DNA of 64,000 nt from an uncultured Actinomycetes bacterium. GTDB taxonomy: Bacteria > Actinomycetota > UBA4738 > JBBDTT01. Positions 1-8,949 of this stretch are shown piece by piece; within the stretch, counting starts at the first letter, position 1; every line of letters begins with the position of its first letter. The notes under the pieces were generated by a model that was given only the letters and a program-made list of their open reading frames with translations, searched no databases and was not told the DNA's origin. The position numbers and the translations under genes are program-made. Location: contig CAVUMN010000004.1 in NCBI GenBank assembly GCA_963742735.1, positions 832,001 through 896,000 of the forward strand, given 5' to 3'.

Positions 1-555
1 GAGGGTCTCCGCGGCGCGCTCGACCTGCCGGGCCACCATCAGCGCCTTCGGGAGGGTCGTCCCCACGGTGACCAGGCCGTGGGACGCCAGGAACACGGCG
101 TTCGAGTCCTCGCCCAGCGCCCCCTGGACGCCCTCCGCGATCTCCTCCGAGCCCGACATCGCGTACGGCGCGACGCGGACCTCCCTGCCGACGTACACCC
201 CGAACTCGTCGAGGAACGCGGGGAGCGGCTTGCGCGCGGCCGCGAACGCGGTCGCGACCCTCGGGTGGGAGTGGATGACCCCGTTCACCTCGGGCCGAAG
301 CGTGTAGCAGGCCAGGTGGACCTTGTGCTCGACCGAGGCGAGGCGGCTGCCCTCGACGACCTCGCCCGCGAGGTCCATGACGATCAGGTCCTCCGGTCCG
401 ATCTCGCCGTACGGGACGGTCGACGGGGTGATGAGCATGCCCGCCTCGACACGGTGGCTGACGTTGCCCGACGTGCCGATGGTCAGATCGAGGGCCTCGA
501 ACTCCCGCGCCACGCGCACGACCTCGGCCCGCTCGGCCTCGTACGTGGTCGTCAT
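1..555 (-). CDS. fucA: Class II aldolase/adducin family protein (L-fuculose-phosphate aldolase-like), 3' end truncated by window edge
   Basis: Not in the ORF track; translated by hand: MTTTYEAERAEVVRVAREF..GTSGNVS..ITPS..SVEHKVHLACY..VIHSHP..LASHGLVTVG, which carries the class II aldolase Zn motifs. GAGGAG lies just upstream; an alternative ATG is at 567. Confidence 0.85.
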   Translation of the reverse strand, partial: MTTTYEAERAEVVRVAREFEALDLTIGTSGNVSHRVEAGMLITPSTVPYGEIGPEDLIVMDLAGEVVEGSRLASVEHKVHLACYTLRPEVNGVIHSHPRVATAFAAARKPLPAFLDEFGVYVGREVRVAPYAMSGSEEIAEGVQGALGEDSNAVFLASHGLVTVGTTLPKALMVARQVERAAETL

Positions 556-574
556 CTCCTCGCCCATCTCGGCG

Positions 575-2059
575 TCATCCTGTCATGCCGCTCACCCGCA
601 GCGACGTGGCGTCGAGGCGGTCCACGGCCTCGCGCCACGACCCGTAGGCGCTCGCCGTGTCGCCCCACGACGGCTCGGGTTCCACGGTCTGGCCCGGGTC
701 CGCCATGGCCTCCACCGCCTCGGCGACGCCGGCGTGGGCGCCGGCGCCCACCGCCGCCAGGATCGCGGCTCCCCGGCCCGACGCGTCCGGCGAGGTGGCG
801 GCGCGAACGGGGCGTCCCAGCGCCGCCGCCAGGACCCTCACGAACGTCTCCGAGCGAGCGATCCCGCCGGCCACGGCGACCGAGCTCGGCTCGCCCCCGA
901 CCTCCGCGGTCCACTCGAGTCCCGCCCTCGCCGCGAAGGCCACCCCCTCGATCACCGCCCGGGCCACGTCCTCCCGGGGCCGGGCCAGGGCCAGCAGCGG
1001 CGCGGCGAACGTGAGCGCGCCCGTGCGCAGGAGCGGGAAGTCGCCCACGCGACTGGCGACGGGATCGACGAATGCGACCCCGCCCGAACCGGGCTGGCCC
1101 GCGGCCGCCAGCGCGTCGAGCTCCCCGTGGGTCGCGCCCATGACGTCGGCGAACCACGACAGCGCCGCGCCCGAGCCGCCGCAGTGGGCCTCCAGGACGA
1201 ACCCCCCCGCGGGATGCGGCGAAGTCCACAGCCGCATCTCGGGATCGATCGCCGGCTCCGCCGAGACCTGCTCGGCCAGCATGGTGGTGCCGGCCACCAC
1301 GATGGCCTCGCCGGGGGACGTGACCCCCAGCGCGAGGGCGGCGACCTGGGTGTCGGCCCCGGCCGGGACGACGGGGAGCCCGGCCGGCAGGCCGAACCGC
1401 CCTGCGGCGTCGGCGGTGACCTCGCCGGCCGCCGCGCCGGACGCCAGGATCGGCGGCAGGATCGCCGGGGGCACGCCGAGGGCCTCGCCGAGCTCCGCGC
1501 TCCACGTCCCGGCGGCCAGGTCGTACACGAGCATCTCCGCGGCCTGGGTCGGCTCGGTGGCCGCCACGCCGGTCAGGACGTGAACGAGCCAGTCGCTGAA
1601 CGCGAGGGCGGTTCGGACGCGCTCGTGGACCTCGGGGCGGTACGCGCGGAACCACGCCAGCCGCGCGGGGAGATACAGCAACACGGGGAGCCGGCCCGCG
1701 GTCCGGTAGACGAGGTCGCGATGGTCCTTCTCCATCCCCAGGCCCTCGGCGACCTGGCGGCCGTCGGCGTTCGGTCCCGAGTAGAGGACCTCGCCGGCCT
1801 CGTCCAGGAACACCACGCCGGTCCGCTGCGAGGTCACCCCGACCGCGCGAAGCTCGGCCACGTCCACCTGGGCGACGGCCTCCTTCGCCGCCTCGGCGAG
1901 CGCCGTGAGGGCGATCGCCGGCTCCAGCTCGCACATCCCGAGGTTCTCGGTGGTGTAGGTCCACGGCCGGCCGGCCGACGCGACGGTGGTCCCTCGCTCG
2001 TCGACGATCAGGCAGCGGCCGCCACTGGTCCCGAGGTCGAGCCCGGCGAACAGGCTCAC
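575..2059 (-). CDS. FGGY-family carbohydrate kinase (LsrK/xylulokinase-like)
   Basis: C-terminal part of ORF 575..4183: LDLGTSGGR, TSQRTG, AGADTQ, VAGT, AVIEGVAF, VAGG. GTG start overlaps the upstream TGA (GTGA). Confidence 0.88.
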   Translation of the reverse strand: MSLFAGLDLGTSGGRCLIVDERGTTVASAGRPWTYTTENLGMCELEPAIALTALAEAAKEAVAQVDVAELRAVGVTSQRTGVVFLDEAGEVLYSGPNADGRQVAEGLGMEKDHRDLVYRTAGRLPVLLYLPARLAWFRAYRPEVHERVRTALAFSDWLVHVLTGVAATEPTQAAEMLVYDLAAGTWSAELGEALGVPPAILPPILASGAAAGEVTADAAGRFGLPAGLPVVPAGADTQVAALALGVTSPGEAIVVAGTTMLAEQVSAEPAIDPEMRLWTSPHPAGGFVLEAHCGGSGAALSWFADVMGATHGELDALAAAGQPGSGGVAFVDPVASRVGDFPLLRTGALTFAAPLLALARPREDVARAVIEGVAFAARAGLEWTAEVGGEPSSVAVAGGIARSETFVRVLAAALGRPVRAATSPDASGRGAAILAAVGAGAHAGVAEAVEAMADPGQTVEPEPSWGDTASAYGSWREAVDRLDATSLRVSGMTG

Positions 2060-3063
2060 CGCGCCGCGAGGAACCCCGTGAGGGCGTCGGGGTTCGCCAC
2101 GTTGCGCGGGCTGCCGCCGTCCAGGAGCGTCCGCAGCCCGTCGGCCATCGCGTTCGTGTGGTTGATGACGGTCTCGTCGGTCGAGCCGCCGATGTGGGGG
2201 GTGAGGACGACGTTGGACATCGAGACGAGCGGGTGGTCGGGGGGAAGGAACTCGCCCTCGAAGTGGTCGAACGCCGCGCCGGCCAGGCGGCCGCTGCGCA
2301 GTGCGTCCAGCATCGGGGCCTCCTGGACGATCGCGTACCGAGCCGAGTTCACCAGGTACGCGCCGGGCTTCATCTTCGCGATCTCGGCCTCGCCGATCAT
2401 GCCCTTGGTCTCGTCGGTGACCAGGGCGTGGATCGACACGACGTCGGACGCGGCGAGCATCTCGTCCATCTCCAACAGCTCGATGTCCTCCTCCCGGAGG
2501 ACCTCGGCGTTCGCGTACGGGTCGAACGCGACCACTCGCGAGCCGAGGGCGACCAGACGGCGGCCCACGGCCCGCCCGACCTGTCCCGCGCCGACCAGGC
2601 CGATCGTCAGGCTGGAGAGCTCCCGGGCCCAGTAGCGGCGCTGGGCGATGCCCTCCTCGGTCACCCACCGCGAGCCGCGGACGTCGTCGTCGGAGGCCAC
2701 GATGCCCCGGGTCACCGCGATGATCAGGCCGAGGGTGAGCTCGGCCACCGCGTTCGCGTTGCGTCCCGGCGCGACGAGGACGGGGATGCCCGCTCGGGTC
2801 GCCGCGTCGAGGTCGATGTTCACCGGATCCCCGCGCGTCGCGCCGATCACGCGCAGCACGCCGGCGCCCTCGATGACCTCGCCCCCGACCCGGTCGGCCT
2901 CGACGATGAGGACCTCGACGCCGTCCAGGCGCGCCACGAGCTCGTCGGGCGGGTGGAGCCTGATGGACGGTGTGGCGTTCCAGGGGTCGAGCTCCAGCTC
3001 GCCCATGGACCGAAGCGCGTCCAGCCCGGGGCCCTGGAGCGACGCCAGCGACAGCATCTTCAT
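2056..3063 (-). CDS. serA2: D-isomer-specific 2-hydroxyacid dehydrogenase (mycobacterial SerA2-like)
   Basis: Motifs RNANAVAE, GAGQVG Rossmann, NSAR, DHFEGEFLP, LTPHIGG; no ACT domain. Confidence 0.88.
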   Translation of the reverse strand: MKMLSLASLQGPGLDALRSMGELELDPWNATPSIRLHPPDELVARLDGVEVLIVEADRVGGEVIEGAGVLRVIGATRGDPVNIDLDAATRAGIPVLVAPGRNANAVAELTLGLIIAVTRGIVASDDDVRGSRWVTEEGIAQRRYWARELSSLTIGLVGAGQVGRAVGRRLVALGSRVVAFDPYANAEVLREEDIELLEMDEMLAASDVVSIHALVTDETKGMIGEAEIAKMKPGAYLVNSARYAIVQEAPMLDALRSGRLAGAAFDHFEGEFLPPDHPLVSMSNVVLTPHIGGSTDETVINHTNAMADGLRTLLDGGSPRNVANPDALTGFLAAR

Positions 3064-3100
3064 CGCGCCGGAGCGTATCGGAACCCCTATCCTGCGGCCC

Positions 3101-4075
3101 GTGCGGATCGTCCGTCAGATCGCGCGAGTCCTCCTCAGCCTCCTGCTGATCTTCGCGCTCCTGGTGGGGTACCTGTTCTGGACCACGCCCGGTCCCCGCG
3201 AGACCCAGGGATGGGACCGGCTCGACGATCTGGACGCGGGCCGGGGCGAGGCAGCCTCGGCGGTGGCCGAGGGCAGGCGTCTCTACGTGATCGGCGGGCT
3301 CCAGGGGGCGTTCGCGTCGGCATCCGACCGGGTCGACGTCTACGACGCCACGACGGGCACCTGGTCGCGGGCGCCCTCGCTCCCCGAGGCGCGTCACCAC
3401 CCGGCCGCCGCGGCCCTGGGGGGAACGATCTACGTGACCGGCGGCTCGAAGAAGGCGACCGACTGGAGCCCCGAGACCAACGCCTGGCGCCTCTTGCCCG
3501 GGGCCGACGCCTGGGAGCCGATCCAGCCGTTGCCCGAGGGCCGGATGGGTCACCAGATGGTGGGGTTCGACGGCCGCCTGTTCGCCGTGGGCGGCCGCGG
3601 CGGCGCCGACGTCCTCGTCTACGACCCCGACGGCGGCTGGACACGGGGCGCCCCGATCCCGCAGCCGCGGGACCATCTCGCGGTCGTCGAGAGTGGCGGG
3701 CGCCTGTTCGCGATCGGCGGCCGCGACGACGAGATCCGCGCGCGCGTCGACGCCTACGACGTCCTTGCCGACCGGTGGACCGAGGAGCCGCCGGACCTGC
3801 CGATCCCCATGAGCGCGATGGCCGCGGGCGTGCTCGCCGACGGCATCCACGTGGTGGGGGGCGAGGACCCACAGACGGTCGGCGGCGGCGTGATCGAGGC
3901 GCACTGGGTGCTGGGGGACGACGACTGGGTCGAGGCCCCGCTCCCGATCGTGGCCACCCACGGATCGGCGTTCGGCGTCATCGACGGGTCGCTCGTGATC
4001 GCCGGCGGGGCTCGTCGTCAGGGCGCGTGGTCCGTCCTGGGCTGGACCGGGATCACCCAGTGGTTCGCCGGCTAG
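3101..4075 (+). CDS. Membrane-anchored Kelch-repeat (beta-propeller) protein
   Basis: N-terminal hydrophobic helix, then about 6 repeats (LYVIGG, IYVTGG, LFAVGG, LFAIGG, IHVVGG, LVIAGG) with YD..W motifs. TATCCT lies 7 nt before the GTG. Confidence 0.85.
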   Translation: MRIVRQIARVLLSLLLIFALLVGYLFWTTPGPRETQGWDRLDDLDAGRGEAASAVAEGRRLYVIGGLQGAFASASDRVDVYDATTGTWSRAPSLPEARHHPAAAALGGTIYVTGGSKKATDWSPETNAWRLLPGADAWEPIQPLPEGRMGHQMVGFDGRLFAVGGRGGADVLVYDPDGGWTRGAPIPQPRDHLAVVESGGRLFAIGGRDDEIRARVDAYDVLADRWTEEPPDLPIPMSAMAAGVLADGIHVVGGEDPQTVGGGVIEAHWVLGDDDWVEAPLPIVATHGSAFGVIDGSLVIAGGARRQGAWSVLGWTGITQWFAG

Positions 4076-5811
4076 CTCCGGAACCAGCCCGCCGGGTCCA
4101 TCAGCCGCAGCGTGTGCAGCTCCTCGCGGGTGGGCGGCTCGACGCGGCGAACCTCCCGGGCGACGCGGAGGTCCCAGCCGCACGCCTCGCGGGCCTCGCG
4201 CACGCCGGCGTCGACGTCGTCACCCGCCACGGCGACCAGGACGAGCTCGTCGCCGTCCTTCTCGTACGTGCCGAGCTGGGACACGACCGAGCGCACCCGT
4301 CCGCCCGGTGCCGTGACGTAGGCCACCCGCTCCACGAACCGTTCGCGCGACTGGGCGGCGACCACGACCGTCTCCCTGGCGCACGTCACGACGTCGTTCG
4401 CGCCGCCGGAGCCCATGAGCATCCGGTCGGGCAGGCGGGTCGAGTTCAGGTTCCCGAGCCGGTCCACCTGCGCCGCGCCCAGGGCGCCCACCGCGCGCGC
4501 GGTGGACCCTCCGACCAGGACCGACAGGGTCCAGTCGATGTCGGCGAGCATGGTGCAGCCGGGGAAGTTGCGGGGGTTGAACAGGAGCGGGTCGCCGGGA
4601 ACCGGCCAGTAGCCGATCAGCCCCATCTCGGCGGCGAGGTCCACCGGGATCCCCTCGTCGCGAAGGGCGAACGCCGCGAGCCACGCCGCCAGGTTCGCCA
4701 TCCCCGCCCCGGCGAGGATGACCCGGTGGCCCTCGGCGCGGATCCGTTCCGCCAGCACGCGGCTCCCCGTGACGATCGCCGCCTCGAGGGCCGAATGCCC
4801 CGCGTCCAGGTCCACCTGCGGCAGCGCCGCCTCGAGGTCCTCCCGCCAGGTCTCCGGCCGGACCCGCCGCCGCAGCCCGGCGACACGCTCGGCCCCGAGC
4901 AGCTTCACGTACGCCTCGTGCGTCGGCCGGTCCAGGACCCAGTCGCGGATCCAGGCCTCCATCAAGCGCGGGTCGCGCGACGCCTCCCGGATGGCCAGCC
5001 AGAATTCGAAGTCGTCGGCGTAGCCCTCGACGGCGTCGTCGAGCCCCGCCGGAACCAGCCCGCCCGGATGGCCTCCCAGCGGCGCCTCGACGACGGCCGC
5101 GACCGCGCTCGCCGGGATGCGGGTGAGGTGCGCATGGCTGCGCAGGTACTCCGGCTCGACCAGCCGCTCGACGGTGACGATCGCGCCCCGTCGGGCGGCG
5201 AGCGCCCCGTAGACGTTCTCCATGAGCGGGGGCGAGAGCAGGACGTTGCCGAACGGATCGGCCGCCGGCGCGTGCAGGATCGAGACGTCGGGGACCAGGG
5301 CGGAGACGAGCCCGAGACCCGGCTCGAGCTCGCGGTACGCGTGCGGGGCGTTCTCCTCGCCCATCGTCGAGCCGGCGAGGGACGTCGTCGTCGTCCACGC
5401 GTGGCCTCGGGCCGCGGCGGCGAGGCGCTGTACGAAGGTCAGCAGCGACCAGTGCTCGATCTCCAGGCCGGTGTCGAACGCGCGCTGGTAGACCGGGTTC
5501 GCCCCGGGGGACATGTACGAGTCGCCGATCCAGCTGGTGACCAGCCGGCGGGCCAGGTCGGCATGCACGAGAGCCGCGCCGGGCGTCGTGAACTGCACGG
5601 CGAGCAGGTCGAACGCGGGATCGGTTCCGCGGAATTGCCGGAGCAGCTCCCAGAAGGCCGCGCTCCAGCGCGTGTGCGTCACGCCGAGATGCACGGCGTC
5701 GCCGGGCCGCACGTGGCGCTCGATCGCCTCGTCCAGCGAGACGACCACGTCGCCGCGGGGCTCGGGCGCACGGAACCGCCGCTCGAGCAGCGCCTCGACT
5801 TCGGGGTCCAT
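4072..5811 (-). CDS. Family I CoA-transferase, fused alpha+beta subunits (glutaconate CoA-transferase-like)
   Basis: Alpha-like half: SLDEAIERHVRPGD, PDVSILHA..ADPFGN, EAPLGGHP. Beta-like half: AEMG, LGAAQVDRLGNLNS, GSGGAND. Confidence 0.85.
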   Translation of the reverse strand: MDPEVEALLERRFRAPEPRGDVVVSLDEAIERHVRPGDAVHLGVTHTRWSAAFWELLRQFRGTDPAFDLLAVQFTTPGAALVHADLARRLVTSWIGDSYMSPGANPVYQRAFDTGLEIEHWSLLTFVQRLAAAARGHAWTTTTSLAGSTMGEENAPHAYRELEPGLGLVSALVPDVSILHAPAADPFGNVLLSPPLMENVYGALAARRGAIVTVERLVEPEYLRSHAHLTRIPASAVAAVVEAPLGGHPGGLVPAGLDDAVEGYADDFEFWLAIREASRDPRLMEAWIRDWVLDRPTHEAYVKLLGAERVAGLRRRVRPETWREDLEAALPQVDLDAGHSALEAAIVTGSRVLAERIRAEGHRVILAGAGMANLAAWLAAFALRDEGIPVDLAAEMGLIGYWPVPGDPLLFNPRNFPGCTMLADIDWTLSVLVGGSTARAVGALGAAQVDRLGNLNSTRLPDRMLMGSGGANDVVTCARETVVVAAQSRERFVERVAYVTAPGGRVRSVVSQLGTYEKDGDELVLVAVAGDDVDAGVREAREACGWDLRVAREVRRVEPPTREELHTLRLMDPAGWFRS

Positions 5812-5836
5812 GTGGGTGGGTAAGATGCCACGTCCC

Positions 5837-6502
5837 ATGACCCCCGCGAGGAAGCGCACCGCCGCCGCGACCGCCGAGCCCGTCCGACGCGCGATGGGAC
5901 CCCAGGGTGAGCGCACCCGCCGCAAGCTGCTGGAGGCCGCCCGGACGGCGTTCAAGGAGCGCGGCTACGCCTCGACGCGGGTGGACGACATCGCCCGGGA
6001 AGCCGGGACCAGCCACGGCGCGTTCTACCTGTACTTCTCGAACAAGGCCGACGTCCTGGAGGCCCTGGCGGTCGAGACCTCGGAGCGGATGATCAACCTG
6101 GCCGACGAGCTCGAGGGGATCGAGGTCGGAGCCGACGGCTACGCCCACATCCGCACCTGGGTCGACACGTTCGTCCGGTCCTACGCGCACGACGCGCCGG
6201 TGCTGAACGCGTGGGTGCAGGGCGCCACCGAGGATGCCCGCTTCGACAAGCTCGGCCGCAACCTCCTCGGCCGCTACTCCGAGAAGATCGGCAAGGCCAT
6301 CGAGCGCAGCGTGAAGCGGGACGGCCGGCCGCTGGACTCGCGCATCGCGGGGACGGCGCTCGTCGCGATGCTCGAGCGGGTCTGCTATTTCATGATGGTT
6401 CGCGGCGCCGGCCTGGACCACGAGGCGGCCGTCGACACGCTCACCACGCTCTGCTACCAGGCCATCTTCGGGGCCCACCCCGAGCCCAGCGCCGCGCGCT
6501 GA
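5837..6502 (+). CDS. TetR/AcrR family transcriptional regulator
   Basis: HTH: LLEAARTAFKERGYASTRVDDIAREAGTSHGAFYLYFSNK. Start uncertain (5825, 5837 or 5894). Confidence 0.92.
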   Translation: MTPARKRTAAATAEPVRRAMGPQGERTRRKLLEAARTAFKERGYASTRVDDIAREAGTSHGAFYLYFSNKADVLEALAVETSERMINLADELEGIEVGADGYAHIRTWVDTFVRSYAHDAPVLNAWVQGATEDARFDKLGRNLLGRYSEKIGKAIERSVKRDGRPLDSRIAGTALVAMLERVCYFMMVRGAGLDHEAAVDTLTTLCYQAIFGAHPEPSAAR

Positions 6503-6505
6503 CGG

Positions 6506-7711
6506 CTACCTCGCGGGCGAGAACACCACCGGCAGCGACGGCGGCGAACGGAAGGCGTACCCGTGCACGTGCGGATCCTCGGCCTGCGGGTCGAGCTCCA
6601 GGTCCGGCAGCCGGTCGAACAGCGCGTTCAACGCGACGGTCGTCTCGAGCCGTCCGAGGTGCGCGCCCAGGCAGTAGTGGTGCCCGCCGCCGAACGCGAG
6701 GTGAGGCGGGCCCTTCCGGCGCAGGTCGAAGCGAGCCGGATCCTCGAACCTCGTCTCGTCGCGGTTGGCCGAGCCGATGAAGCCCGTGAGCCCGGAGCCG
6801 GCGGGAAGGTCGACGCCGCTCAGGGTGACCGGGGCGGTCGTTCGTCGGGAGACGAACTGCACGGGCGACTCCCACCGAAGGGCCTCCTCGATGGCCGGCT
6901 CGAGCAGCGCCCGGTCATCCCGCACCGCGTCCAGCGCTTCGTCGTCCGTCAGCAGCGCGAACAGCAGGTTCCCCAGCAGCCGGAACGTCGTCTCCGCCCC
7001 GGCCGGCAGGAGCAGCCGGAGGAACCCGAGGATCTCCTCGTCCGGCAGCGCCTCGCCGTCGAGCTCGACCGCGGTCAGCTCGGAGATGAGGTCCTCCCGT
7101 GGATCGGCCCGGCGCTCCGAGATGATCCCGGTGAAGTAGGTCCCCAGCTCCTGCGACGCGGCGATGCCGCGCATCGGGTCGACGGCCATGCTGATCATGT
7201 CGATGGAGAGCCGCGCGAAGCGGCCGTAGTCGTCGGAGGCGATCCCCAGGATCCGGGCGATGATCCGGATGGGCAGCTGGAACGCCAGCTCGCGCACCAG
7301 GTCGGCCCGCCCCGCCCCCGCGAACCGTTCGACCAGCTCGCGGGCGGTGGGTTCGATCTGGGAGACCTCCCACGCGGCGAGGACCTTTCGCCGGAACGCG
7401 TGCGCCACCAGCGCCCGGTGCTCCTGATGCTCCCGGCCGTCCATCTGCAGGATGGTGGGACCGAACACCATGCCGACGTCGTCGGCGTAGGACGACGACG
7501 AGAACGTCGTGTTGTCGCCGAGGATCCGCTCGACGTCGTCGTACCGGTACACGCCGATGATCTCCCGCCCGAAATGCACGGTCGTCGAGACCGGCGCCTC
7601 CCGGCGAGCCCGCGCGTAGTCGGGGTACGGGTCGCGGACGTCGCCTACCGCGGTGTCGGCGAACAGGTCGAGGCCCGCGAAGGCCTCGTCCATGGTGCCG
7701 GCGCCGCTCAC
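6506..7711 (-). CDS. Cytochrome P450
   Basis: I-helix AGAETT, K-helix EALR, heme motif FGGGHHYCLG. GTG start overlaps the upstream stop; alternative ATG at 7693. Confidence 0.95.
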   Translation of the reverse strand: MSGAGTMDEAFAGLDLFADTAVGDVRDPYPDYARARREAPVSTTVHFGREIIGVYRYDDVERILGDNTTFSSSSYADDVGMVFGPTILQMDGREHQEHRALVAHAFRRKVLAAWEVSQIEPTARELVERFAGAGRADLVRELAFQLPIRIIARILGIASDDYGRFARLSIDMISMAVDPMRGIAASQELGTYFTGIISERRADPREDLISELTAVELDGEALPDEEILGFLRLLLPAGAETTFRLLGNLLFALLTDDEALDAVRDDRALLEPAIEEALRWESPVQFVSRRTTAPVTLSGVDLPAGSGLTGFIGSANRDETRFEDPARFDLRRKGPPHLAFGGGHHYCLGAHLGRLETTVALNALFDRLPDLELDPQAEDPHVHGYAFRSPPSLPVVFSPAR

Positions 7712-8895
7712 GCGGCGGTGAAGGCGACCGGGACGGACGTGGGCGACCGGAAGGCGAACCCGACCACGTGCGGGTCGTCCTCGCCGGGCTCCAGCCGCAG
7801 ATCCGTGAGGCGGTCGAGGAGCGCGCCCACGGCGACCTGGGCCTCGAGCCGGGCCAGGTGGGCGCCCAGACAGAAGTGCGGCCCGTCGCCGAACGCCACG
7901 TGGGACTGGGGCGCGCGGTCCAGGTCGAAGCGCTCCGGCTCGTCCCACCGGAGGTCGTCGTGGTTCGCGGCCCCCAGGGCCACGGTCACGGGGACCTTCG
8001 CCGGGATGGTGACGCCGGCGATCTCCGTCTCGGCCGTGGTCTCCCGCGCGGCGAACTGGACGGGCGACTCCCACCGCAGCGCCTCCTCGACCGCCGGCGC
8101 GACGAGGGATCGGTCGGCCCGCACGCGCTCGAGCGTCTCCGGCTGCGACACCAGGGCGAACATCGCGCTGCCGATCAGCCGGTAGGTCGTCCCGGCGCCG
8201 GCGGGGACCAACAGCCGCAGGAAGCTGTGGATCAGGTCGTCGTCCAGGCGCTCGCCGTCGAGCTCGGCCCGGACCAGGTCGCTGATGAGGTCCTCGCGTG
8301 GCTCGCGGCGCCGGTCCTCGATCATCGGGTCGAAGTACGCCTTCAGGCCCTCCTTCGCCTCGAGCGCGCCGGCCGGGTCCATCACGGAGCGCTCGAGCTG
8401 GACGGCCCGCTGCAGCCACATCGCGGTGTCCTCGCGAGGCACCCCGACCATCCGGGCGATGATCAGCGCGGGGAACTGCCACGAGAACTCGCGGACCAGC
8501 TCCGCGTGTCCACGTCCGGCGAATCGATCGATCAGCTCGTGCGCCGTCGGCGCGATCAGCTCGGACTCCCACCGGCGAACCGCCTTCGGCCTGAACGCGT
8601 GCCCGATCAACCCGCGGTGCGTGACGTGGTCGCGCCCGTCCATCTCCATGACCGTCCGGCCCAGGAAGGTCCGCATCCAGCGGCCGTTGATCCGGCTCGA
8701 GAACGTGTCGGGGTCCCCGAGGACCCGTTCGGCCTCCTCGAAGCGGTAGACCATGAAGACGGAGGCGCCGAAGTGGTCGACGTTGACGACCGGTCCGCGG
8801 GCGCGGGTCTCCGCGTAACCGGAGTAGGGATCGCGAACGTTGCCGATGTTCGCCTCGGCGACGTCCAGCGCGGGCGGCTCGGCCTGCACCTGCAC
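7708..8895 (-). CDS. Cytochrome P450 (paralog of the neighbouring gene)
   Basis: AGAGTT, EALR, FGDGPHFCLG. Start is 8895 or 8922. Confidence 0.95.
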   Translation of the reverse strand: MQVQAEPPALDVAEANIGNVRDPYSGYAETRARGPVVNVDHFGASVFMVYRFEEAERVLGDPDTFSSRINGRWMRTFLGRTVMEMDGRDHVTHRGLIGHAFRPKAVRRWESELIAPTAHELIDRFAGRGHAELVREFSWQFPALIIARMVGVPREDTAMWLQRAVQLERSVMDPAGALEAKEGLKAYFDPMIEDRRREPREDLISDLVRAELDGERLDDDLIHSFLRLLVPAGAGTTYRLIGSAMFALVSQPETLERVRADRSLVAPAVEEALRWESPVQFAARETTAETEIAGVTIPAKVPVTVALGAANHDDLRWDEPERFDLDRAPQSHVAFGDGPHFCLGAHLARLEAQVAVGALLDRLTDLRLEPGEDDPHVVGFAFRSPTSVPVAFTAA

Positions 8896-8949
8896 GGAAG
8901 GATCATCGCCCACGGCGCGCACGCGGGGTCAACCGGTACGCTCGCACGT

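Noticed and set aside
575-2059. Calling the kinase lsrK (AI-2 quorum-sensing system)
   Set aside because: No lsrACDB/F/G/R genes in the window, and the similarity was judged by eye only.
575-4183. Apparent giant or fusion proteins in the ORF track (also 6506..8572, 7768..10542, 13025..15991, 41095..44793, 55704..58250)
   Set aside because: Only the C-terminal part is protein-like; the real starts lie at GTGA/ATGA overlaps or just after -10 boxes.
4072-5811. IpdAB steroid ring-cleaving hydrolase
   Set aside because: The beta half retains the CoA-transferase-type Glu, and I could not confidently identify the rest of the ipd cluster.
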